Notes under the pieces: model-generated
Seen by the model: the letters and a program-made list of their open reading frames with translations, nothing else
Databases searched by the model: none
Told to the model about the DNA's origin: nothing
From: Azolla caroliniana
Lineage: Eukaryota > Plantae > Polypodiophyta
DNA length: 64,000 nucleotides
NCBI GenBank assembly: GCA_043228905.1
Contig: JBHGNT010000003.1
Span: forward strand, 9,362,001 to 9,426,000
Direction of reading: 5' to 3'
Shown: piece after piece, positions 52,088-63,370 of the stretch
Layout of the letters: the number at the start of each line of letters is the position of its first letter
Numbering within the stretch: position 1 is the first letter of the stretch
Made by a program: the position numbers and the translations under genes

Positions 52088-53253
52088 TGTGAGGACTTGG
52101 TCGATTGTTTCGTCCAAGTTTAGGATCGGTCGGCTATTGGCGTATGTCATGAAGAATACCTACCAACTCGCCGACAAGCTCGATAGGAGGGCAAGGGATT
52201 TCACTTCTTCTTCGAATTTGATCCCTTGTGACGAGAGCTCAGACAACACTCGACTGAAGGTGTTGATGTGGGAGGTTGCCGGGTCGGTCTCTCTCATCTT
52301 CATGTTGAACAATTGTTTGATTAAAATCAATTTTGAAGATGAGGAATTCTTTTTATAAACTGTCTGTAGCTTCTCCCACAATGAGAACGTTGTCGTCTCT
52401 TTCGTCATTCTGAAATAGATGTTTTCGGCCAGATGCATTCAAATGGTGGAGTGTGCGATTTCGTCCATTGATCTCCACTCCTCGGCTGTCATTGAAGCAG
52501 GTTTTTCGTTGTGCCAAATGGCTTCGACCTGTCTTCGAATGATCAACACATCTTGTATCATCTCCTTCCACAAGGCAAAGTTTTCGCCATCAAATTTTCT
52601 GATTTCAACTCTTGTTCCGCATGTTGAGGCCATATTCTTTTTGTGAACTTGACATTTCTGTCCTGGTCTTTTCTTTCAGCTTCTTCTGTTGTCTGTTGCC
52701 GCCGAAAAGCAAAGATTCGCTCTAATACCAGTTGTCGGGAACAGGTGCGATTTGCGGAAATGTGTATGGATCTATTGTCGGTTATGAACAACAAACAACG
52801 CAGACAGAAAGATAGAATAGGCGTAGACTTACACAATGCAAGCTCTAATGGAAAGCTTTATTACTTCGTTCTCACTCTCTCTCTCTCTGAGATACAATAG
52901 GTGAAAGCATGAGAGTGGAAACAATTAGCTATGTCCTTGACATAGCTAATTAACTATGCTAAAAGCTACCATTGATAAATAGTCATTTTAGTAAAAAGCC
53001 ATCATTAATAAATTAACTATGCAAAAAACTACCATTGAAACTACTAGAGTGTTTTAATTACATATGTAAATGAGGGCCATAAATGTGCAACATAAATTGA
53101 TATGTGCACCATAAATGTGTACCATAAATTATATATCGAATTCCTAGGTCCATTATGCATGATCCTTTGCCACATCACGTAGGTCATCTCTAGTTGAGTA
53201 TTGTGGGTTAGTCGCTACCACTGTTGCTAAACCCTATCGAGTCCACCTGCAAC

Positions 53254-53830
53254 CACTCTACACTCAAGGGCCGCTACTGTGCGTTCCAAGCATCATCAAA
53301 GAGCTGCTCAATCTGACGGGGTTCTCTTCTCTGTGACACTCTACACTCAGGGGCCGCTACTGTGCGTTCCAAGCATCATCAAAGAGCTATTCAATCTGAC
53401 GGGGTTCTCTTCTCTAGGCCACTCTACACTCAGGGGTCACTACTGTGCGTTCCAAGAATCATCAAAGAGTTGTTCAATCTGACGGGGTTCTCTTCTCTGT
53501 GCCACTCTACAATCAGGGGTCACTACTGTGCGTTCCAAGAATCATCAAAGAGCTGTTCAATCTAACGGGGTTCTCTTCTTTGTGCCACTCCACACTCAGG
53601 GGCCGCTACTGTGCGTTCCAAGCATCATCGGTAACTGTTCAATCTGATGGGGTTCTCTTCTCTGTGCCACTCTACACTCAGGGACCACTATTGTGCGTTC
53701 CAAGCATCATCAAAGAGTTGTTCAATCTGACGGGGTTCTCTTCTCTGTGCCACTCTACTCTCAAGTGCCTTCTCTGTGCGTTCCAATCATCATCGGTAAT
53801 TGTTCAATCTGATGGGGTTCTATCCTCCAT
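53254..53830. repeat. 83-bp subterminal tandem repeat (~7 copies)
   Basis: Unit CCACTCTACACTCAGGGGCCGCTACTGTGCGTTCCAAGCATCATC... ORFs recur at 53279, 53362 and 53445. Confidence 0.9.
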
Positions 53831-54156
53831 TGTCATCATTCTACACTCAGTTGCCACTACTGTCCAGTCCTGGATTGCTTCCACATTTCGATTTGACGGA
53901 GTTCACTCATCCAACAGCAACATTCTACACTCAGTTGTCGCCATTGGTCGGTCTTGGATCGCCTCCTCAACTGTTCGATCCAACGGAGTGAACTCCTCTA
54001 TTGTTCGGTCTTGGATTGCAATAACTTTTCTGTCTATTGATTATCTTGTGTATTGTTGTGTCTAATCTTGTGTATTGTGGAATATTTTTGTGTATTGTTG
54101 TTGCCCATAGCCATCTTAAATACTTGTTTTCTTTTCTGGAAATTTAGGGTTTTAAT

Positions 54157-57100
54157 ATGTCCAGCCAAATGGAAGGGGAAGAAGGGTGTTTAGAACTACC
54201 CCTCAATGATCATAAGGATAGGGATGATGCTATCAGGACACAACAAGCCATACGAAACTATTGGGCAGAAGAGAAAAGGAAACATCGTCAATTGTTGAAG
54301 GATACGAAAGCCACACTCAGTAAAGGTAAGGATAGTTTAGCTGAGAATGTAAGTAATTCGACTACCATCATAGAGAGAAAGGTTGTAGACTATTTCAATG
54401 TTCAAACCAAGCACATCGGCAATGAAGAAAAGAAGGTAGTACTTTATGGAATATGTAATGATCCATCGATAAAGGAGTTAGTTGATTGTGATGGTCTTAA
54501 TGCAAACATATCATCTATTTTAGTAAATAATCTTCGTAATAGTTTCGTATCCATGAGCAGCTCAGAAGATGATCTTGTCTTAAAAAGGTCTAGTCTATTG
54601 ATGTTACTTAATAGTGATGTTGACGATATAAACATCAGTGAGCTATCTAAGGTAATTGGTGTTAGTAGAAAAACAGTGTACAATACAATGAACCGTATAA
54701 TTTCCTCGGGTGAAGGAACTAGTCTACTAAAGCTAACTACAAGATGTAAGCCAATGACACCCATAACATTTGAAATCAAGGATGTAATCACAATGTTTTG
54801 GACTAATGAGAGTAGGGTTTCCCCCAATAAAAAGGATTTATGTAGGAAACATGTTGGAAGAAATCAATACGAGGAGCATCCCATTCATCTTCTTGATGTA
54901 CCTCAGGTATTTACATTTATCTCAACATTTGTTTTGACTCTACACAGAAAGTTAATTAGCTTAGTTAGCAGAAAAGCTAATTAGCTTATCAGTTACATTT
55001 ACCTCAGTTAGCTACTAGGATAGCTACTACATAGGTAACTGGCTACTCTCAATAGCTACTACTATGCTAGCTAATTAGCTATTCTCAATAGCTAATTTAG
55101 GTACTACCAGATAATTAGCTACCAAAATAGCTAACTAGCTACCATGATAGCTAACTAGCTACCAAGATAGCTAATTAGCTACTAGGATAGCTAATTTCGT
55201 TATTACCAGCTAATTAGCTACTAGGAAAGCTAATTAGCTACCATGATAGCTAATTAGCTACTAGGACAACTAATTAGCCACCATGATAGCTAATTAGCTA
55301 CTAGACCATCTAATTAGCTACTAGGAAAGCTAATTAGCTACCATGATAGCTAATTAGTTACTAGGACAGCTAATTAGCCACCATGATAGCTAATTAGCTA
55401 CTAGACCAGCTAATTAGCTACCATGATAGCTAATTAGCTACTAGGACAACTAATTAGCTACCATGACACCTAATTAGCTTATCAGTTACATTTACCTCAG
55501 TTAGCTACTAGGATAGCTACTACATAGGTAACTAGCTACTCTCAATAGCTACTACCATGATAGCTAATTAGCTATTCTCAATAGCTAGTTTAGGTACTAC
55601 CAGATAATTAGCTACCAAAATAGCTAACTAGCTACCAAGACAGCTAATTAGCTACTAGGATAGCTAATTTCATTATTACCAGCTAATTAGCTACTAGGAC
55701 AACTAATTAGCCACCATGATAGCTAATTAGCTACTAGACCAGCTAATTAGCTACTAGGAAAGCTAATTAGCTACCATGATAGCTAATTAGCTACTAGGAC
55801 AGCTAATTAGCTACCATGATAGCTAATTAGCTACTAGGATAGCTAATTAGCTACCATGATAGCTAATTAGTTACTAGAATAGCTAATAAGCTACTAAAAT
55901 AGCTAATTAGCTACTAGAATAGCTAACTAGCTACTAGGATAGTTAGCTAGTTACGAGAATAACTAATTCCCCTTTATTACGCAGGTCGATTTATTTATTA
56001 GGTTCAAACGAATGCATCCAAATATCAAAGTTCAACTACGAAAATTCGAGTCTCTTAAGCCACACTTTGTGAGACGCTTAAAGGATCGATACGCATGTTG
56101 TTGCATTTACCATGTACAGATGGGTTTTTGGAAGGACTCTGTTAATCTACTACGTCACCATAGCGCATCCCTAACTAATACAGTTTGCACATGTGGGTGC
56201 CCGATCTGTCGATCAAGCCCGCAAGAGGAATGTAAATCATCTGAGCACGTTATCTCTTCCATGAGTTATTTATTAGATTCAATATTGTGTCCGAGAGAAA
56301 CTGACGCTATCTTCCATATTCATAAATGTGTCATGGGTTTATGTCAAGATTGTGGCCCTACTAGATTTAGGTGGTCTCCAAATGAATTGAGTAGTGAAAT
56401 GAATTGTGGCCCTACTAGATTTAGGTGGCCCTACTAGATTGTGTTAAGATTGTAAAGTTCTTTGAGTCAGTGAACACCAATTTCGAAGGAAAGGTGTGTA
56501 AAAGAAAGGATCTAGTTCGGAAGATGCTTAAAGCAAGGGATTTGGTGTCTCTGTTTGTAGTATCTCTAGGAAAGTTCATTAAACACAACTTCATTTATTC
56601 ATGGCAGGCCCATCAATTTAAGACTTGCATATCTAATTTCCCAAATGATGTAGTAGTCTCAGTAGTAGATTTCGCAAAGAATTATACTTTCAAGCAGCAG
56701 AATGAAATTCAATCTATGCATTGGTGTTCAGTTCAGGTAACCATTTTTGTGCACATAACATATTTTCGAGTTTCAGGTGATGTTAAAAAAGTAATTCATT
56801 TCTTTATTTCCGATGATAAAAAGCATGATACCTTGTTCGTCCAACAGTGTTTTAAGTTACATTGGCAGTGGTTATTAGCTCAACGTTTGGAGCTTACTCA
56901 ACATTGGGTCTTGTCTAACGGAGCTGCGTCACAATTCAAGGCTCGACGTCCATTTTATTTTGTGGGGAGGTATCCTGCTATAACAGGTTTGGAGATGAGA
57001 TGGAATTTTTTTCGGTCTGGCCATGGTAAAGGTGAACATAATGGTGCAGGGGCTGTTATAAAGCGGGCACTTACCCATGAACAACTAAAGACAAATGGTG

Positions 57101-57867
57101 TGCACATGAATTGTGCATCACATGTAGTTGAATTTTTAAGAACAAATATGTCAACGAGTGCAACAAGTGTTTATTCCTCGCAAGTCCGAGATATCAAACG
57201 TGAATTTTGGGAAGTGAAGATAGATGAAGTAAATAGGGAGAAGACCTGGGAGTGCCAAGGAATTCCCGAATTGCAATCTCTGCATGCTGTTCGCGGTTAT
57301 TCCAGGTTGGATGGTCATTGTATTGCGGTTAGAGAATTGACTTGTTTTTGCTTCCATTGTGTGCAGGGAAATTGGAGATATTGTCTAAACAAAGCATACA
57401 TTCAGAATTGGGAGTATCACACTCTGAATGATAAGGAAGCAGTTGATGGAGAAACAGGGCAGAATGCTGACTTCACATATGAGGGACTTGGAGATACTTT
57501 GAGTGATGTCCTGAACGTTGGGGATAACTTCGCTGTAAATGCTGAAGAAGGCAATTCAGAGGGTGTTGATTTCTATATATTGAAGTGCACGGTTAGTAAA
57601 CAGTGTGCAAGGCAGAATATTGTAGATGCATAGGAAAATTTTGTATCTGCCGGGACATTCTACATCAAAGGCATTTTTTATGCAAAACTAGATGACTACG
57701 AATATGTGTACATGCTGTTAGAAGACAAACCAACGGCGTACATGTACTCTCATTTGCTCAGGTGCATCAACGTCCCAATGTCAGAATACAATAGCTGCTC
57801 AGGTTTATACACTGTTGGTGGTAATGTGTATGAATGTATTTACAATAGTATGCCATGGAATTTGTAG
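54157..57867 (+). pseudogene. Sola2-like DDD transposase, 2 exons (54157-54906, 55985-57867), disabled
   Basis: Phase-0 GT..AG intron 54907-55984 joins DVPQ to VDLFIRFKRMHP. HTH-like LSKVIGVSRKTV, RYACCCIYH, and core motifs VDFAKNY...EIQSMHW...SDDKKHD...SNGAASQFK...WNFFRSGHGKGEHNGAGAVIKR. Frameshifting microduplication ~56404-56440, in-frame TAG at 57631. Confidence 0.8.
54950..55965. repeat. Palindromic minisatellite (TAGCTAATTAGCTA core) filling the transposase intron
   Basis: Dozens of ~20-bp units built around a perfect 14-bp palindrome. Confidence 0.95.
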
Positions 57868-60001
57868 CTACAAGTAGCAATTACCATGTTCTCTTGTAAA
57901 ACAAACATGTATTTCGCGAAAACAGTTAAATAAATTCGTTTGAGAATCAATTTCTTGTATACAGTCTGCTTTCTGTGCTTCTTTCTCAATAAAATCATGT
58001 CTTTTTTGTTAAGTTTTAAGTTATAAGTTATAATGAAATAGTCATCAGTAGCTAATTAGCTGTACAAATGCAGCTAATTAGCTGTCAATAGCTAAATAGT
58101 CATCAATAGCATGAAATCAACAATCTGCAACATATTCCTCAAATTACACAGTAGATAAGTACAATGGGAACAAGTAATTAAATTCTTCATTGAATAATGT
58201 CATCTCTTTACATATTTATAAATTACCATTGGAAATGTCTACAAATCTCCTATAAACAGCTAAGCTCTTGCTAGTCAGTGGAATGAGTCTACATATATTA
58301 TCCGCATATCGAGCTCGGTATGGAGTCCACAACCATGCACCTAGTTGGCAGCTCACTGTTTGCACCAGGTACTGTTCAGGCATTTCCTCGGGTAGAATGA
58401 GACAGCATCTCTGAATATTGTAGTTCTGGAAATGTTCTGTATCCAAAGTCAATGTATTGTTGGCATTATATTCAGGCCAAGTAGCCCAAAAATCAGAAAG
58501 TCTCTTGAATCTTGTAGTTTCCATTTGCTCACAATTTTCTCGTGCCCATTGACCTTTAAAACGACTTTGCCATTTTGGGAAGAATCTTGCTAAACACTTC
58601 CACACATCTAATTTTGGTTTTTCACTCCAAATAAACAAATCAAAGTATTGCACAACCCACTCTAGAAACTAATTCGGGTCCCTCCTTGGCTGCATATATC
58701 TCACACTCATCAAGACTATATCAAGCTCCAAGATCAAGGCTCTTCTTTCGACTTCTAGTGGTTTAGGTTTCCATTCTTGAAATTGAGCCGCTGTTACACC
58801 ATTTTCTGGTAGGACACGATCAATCTCAATCAGCTCAGGTTCAGCCGACACAACTGGCGTCCTTTTCCTCTTCAAACCCCTAGTCGACTGTGTTGAGCCT
58901 GGCTTCACATTCTGCTGCTCTTGTTTTGTCGACTTAGTTATCAATCCTTGGATTACCTCGGTGCATGTAGCTACTGATCTGCTCGATATCAGCCCACTAG
59001 TATCACATGCTGCATCTACCTGCAACACCAAGTCATCCGTGCAACATGCCGCATCTACCTGCAACACCAAGTCATCCATGCAACATGCTTGATCAACTTG
59101 TGTGACCAGATCACTTGTGTCAGTTGGTACATCTACTTTCAAGATGGGGCCCTTTAAACATGCCGCAACATCAACAGTATCCACACTGCCATTGGCCTTA
59201 CGAGCAATAGAATCAAACCCTTTAGACTCTGCAACATCAGAAAACACCAACATATTCACACTCCCAAAGTAACTAACAGTCTCACAAAACAACATCCTGA
59301 ACATCAAAGAGTTTCAGTCATAGAATAACACTCTTCAAATTATCTTGGAAAAACATCATAGAGTTCCATTACATAATGTGGATCAAGCAACAACCAATCT
59401 GAGGTTTTACTTGTCCAACAGGATAGTAAAACTTCATAAAACCCTAGCAAAATCCCTAAGCTAACAATCATATCAAACTAAACAGTATTTCGCTCCACTA
59501 CGTCTGGGCCCCTTGACCGAGTAATTGGTCTTGTTCCCGATCGTGGCCCCTTCTTCAGCCTTTTTCTGGTCGGTTGCCCATTTAGCCTTGCTTCTTTCAC
59601 CCAATGCGCAGGTGTGTCCTCCTCCGACAACCTTCCCATCACCTTTTCTAGAACTAGCTTTTCAAGTACAGAGGGATCTGTTTGGACATTTTCAGTAGTT
59701 GGGCTCGGTGGGGTGGAATCAAGGTCTTGAGATTCGAAGAAATGTTCCATCAAGTGTTCATAAACACTGTTATTGTGAACCTCAATTTTACATGTTCTTT
59801 CCACTATTTCATGGCATTTCACATCGTTGCCTAATTCAATACACTGTTCCAAAAGAATAGGGTCGAGCTGATCTGAAGGAGATGTGATAGCAAGACTCTT
59901 ACTTTCAGCCACGTTGGCAGTAGTATCCTCATCTATTGCAGCGTCATCAGCACCAGACACATTATGTGTCGTCCTTAATCCACAAGATTCTACAATAACA
60001 T

Positions 60002-61460
60002 GGCAGCTATTTAGGATAGCTAATTAGCTACTTTACTAAACTATGGTAGAAGCTAGGATAGCTAATTAGCTAGTACGATAGCTAATTCGGATAGCTAATT
60101 AGCTACTTTACTCAACAATGGTAGTAGCTAGGATAGCTAATTAGCTACTTTACTCAACTATGGTAGTAGCTAGGATAGCTAATTAGCTACTTTACTCAAC
60201 TATGGTAGTAGCTAGGATAGCTAATTAGCTACTATGGTAGCTAATTAGCTACTTTACTCAACTATGGTAGTAGCTAGGATAGCTAATTAGCTACTTTACT
60301 CAACTATGGTAGTAGCTAGGATAGCTAATTAGCTACAAGGATAGCTAATTAACTAGTAGGATAGCTAATTAGCTACAATGATAGCTAATTAGCTCCTTTC
60401 TCAACTATGTAGTAGCTAGGATAGCTTATTAGCTACTAGGATAGCTAATTAGTTGCCAGTAGCTAATTAGCTACTAGGATAGCTTATTAGCTACTTTACA
60501 CAACTATGGCAGTAGCTAATTAGCTACTAGGATAGCTTATTAGCTACTTTACACAACTATGGCAGTAGCTAATTAGCTACTAGGATAGCTTATTAGCTAC
60601 TTTACAAAACTATGGCAGTAGCTAATTAGCTACTACGATAGCTTATTAGCTACTTTACACAACTATGGCAGTAGCTAATTAGCTAGTAGGATAGCTAATT
60701 AGTTGCTAGTAGCTAATTAGCTAGTAGTAGCTAATTAGCTTTTTTACACAACTATGGTACTAGCTAATTAGCTAGTACCATAGCTAATTAGCTACTAGGA
60801 TAGCTTATTAGCTACTTTACACACCTATGGCAGTAGCGAATTAGCTATTAGGATAGCTAATTAGCTAGTAGGATAGCTAATTAGCTACTAGGATAGCTAA
60901 TTAGCTGCCAGTAGCTAATTAGCTAGTAGGATAACTAATTAGCTTTTTTACACAACTATGGTACTAGCTAATTAGCTAGTACCATAGCTAATTAGCTACT
61001 AGGATAGCTTATTAGCTACTTTACACACCTATGGCAGTAGCGAATTAGCTACTAGGATAGCTAATTAGTTGCCAGTAGCTAATTAGCTAGTAGGATAGCT
61101 AATTAGCTTTTTTACACAACTATGGTACTAGCTAATTAGCTAGTACCATAGCTAATTAGATAGTAGCTCATTAGCTGCCAGTAGCTAATTAGCTACTTTA
61201 CACAACTATGGTACTAGTTAATTAGCTATGAGTAGCTAATTAGCTAGTAGCTAACTAGCTGCCAGTAGGATAGCTAATTAGCTACCACTTAGCTAATTAA
61301 GTACTGTAGTAAACTATGGCAGTAGCTAATTAGCTAATAGGATAGCTATTAGCTGCTTTAATCAACTATGGTAGTAGCTAATTAGCTACAACGATAGCAG
61401 CAAAATAGTTTCCATACTTTTTACGTCTTAGCTAATTAGAAAAGACTAAGCTTATTAGCT
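60002..61460. repeat. Palindromic minisatellite (TAGCTAATTAGCTA core) filling a cargo-gene intron
   Basis: Same core as the transposase intron, lying between donor 61474 and acceptor 59990 (both phase 1). Confidence 0.93.
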
Positions 61461-62814
61461 ACAATATGGTATACCTGTTAGTTTTCTCCACTCATTTGGT
61501 AGAGCTGTACTGCAATCTCCCAAACAGAATGCAGCAATTCGACAGGCATGTTGAAAACAAAGCAGATGGTATGTGTGGTTGCATGGTTGTAGGGGAACCA
61601 ACAAAGATGCAGTTTTGTCCTCCACACCTAACCCGCAAGCGATGCAACATGCTTGAACTGTCAATAAATCATTTTCTGGTTCTCCTTCATTTGGTAAGGG
61701 AGCAAGAATGTTTAGGTCCAAATCCTGTCTGGTCCTTACCATTCCCTCCACAAAATGTAGCTGCTTCTTAAGGCAGCTAACTACCTGTTCTTGATGAATG
61801 TATTGTTCCTTCAATGCAATAGAGAAATTTACCGATTAATTATTCCTGTCTGAGAAAGATACACCAACTTTGCTCAGGAATCGTTAACTTACTTGAAGCA
61901 TTTCCAAATTGTAATCTGCAACAATATTTACACCTAGAAGGTCCAGGTTCATTGAATGAACCTAGATCTCTATTTGCAATTGTATTTTATGCTGGGGATC
62001 CAGTGGCCCCTCTAATTCAAGCTCCTTTTACGCAACCTATTCCAGATAATGCTTGATTAGCACATTTTACCCTTAAAGTTATTTATAACACAATCACATA
62101 CCATCAAAACAATACTTACCTGAATCTTATTTCTAATCGTTGTAACAACGGAAGTAACTTTGCTCTCCATTGCAAAAGCCATTGTGGCTTTCTCTAAATC
62201 AATCTTAAAAAATGCCAATGTCTCACAGGCTTCATGAACATTGTTTAGCATATAGCTAACCAATGTCTCACATGTATCATCGACATTGGCTTTCCTTGGG
62301 TGTCGGTGTGGTGTATGCCCCCGGTCTTGCTGGGAATCGGCAGTTGCATCAACAGCTGCCATGCTCCAAAATCTGTCTATTTTTTGTGCCAAGGTCCCCA
62401 TCTTTCGGCATCTTTTTATCGATGCCTCACCATAGACTGCCCAAGCTACCCTATACATTTCAGGGTCTCTGGATTCCTTCGTTGTTTTGCAGTACTCATA
62501 TGCAAATGCTCTAGCAAATGAAACTGACAACTCATTGTTGACTGGGATCTCCTGATGAACTTTCTGGTGCAGCCTCATGCAGTCATCGTACAAGTCGGCT
62601 CGTACATGCTTCAGCTTGACCTTGCCTTTGACTCTAGGCACTGTATATACTGTCATCCAGTCTACATCATTGATCAATTTATCACTTAGGACAGTAGGGT
62701 CAACACCCTCGAGTGACAGACCATAGGTGTTGTGGAAGTCCTCCTTTGTCTCGCAAAATTTTGCAAAGTTTAGCACTCTCGGATACGGAGGAACGAGCCA
62801 TCTGAAATGATATT

Positions 62815-63370
62815 TCAAAAATCAGAAATAGTGCAAAATCAGAATATGTCAGAATTAGAAACCCCAATCAACAACAACAAAAATAGTGTAAAATCTTTAA
62901 CTTAGCAAATCAGAAACCCTAATCATAATTTGTATTCAGAAATTTGAAATGAGAAACCCTAATCAAAATCTGTAATCAAAAGTTTGAAATGAGAAACCCT
63001 AATCAAAATCTGTAATCAGAAGTTTGTAACTAGAAACCCTATTCAGAAATTCTAATCCAAAATTTATAATCAAAAACCCTAATAAGAAATTTCAATCAGA
63101 AACCCTAATCAGAAATTTCAATCACAAACCCTAATTAGAAATCCTAAACAGAAATTTATAAACAAAAACCCTATTAAGAAATTCTAATCTGTAATCAAAA
63201 TTTGTAACCAGAAACCCTATTCAGAAATTCTAATTAGAAATTTATAATCAAAAACCCTAATCAGAAATTTCAATCAAAAACCCTAATCAGAAATTTCAAT
63301 CACAAACCCTAATCAGAAATTTATAAACAAAAACCCTAATCAGAAATGTCAATCAGAAACCCCAATCATC
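62815..63370. repeat. AAACCCTAATCAG telo-box-like repeat in intron 1 of the cargo gene
   Basis: More than ten AAACCCTA motifs embedded in AATCAGAAAT units between donor 63413 and acceptor 62802. Confidence 0.85.

Noticed and set aside
53279-54065. Repeated MRSKHHQR ORFs
   Set aside because: Products of the 83-bp tandem repeat, whose unit is not a multiple of three.
62815-63370. Interstitial telomere
   Set aside because: AAACCCTA motifs are dispersed in a longer unit, not tandem (CCCTAAA)n, and lie inside a predicted intron.
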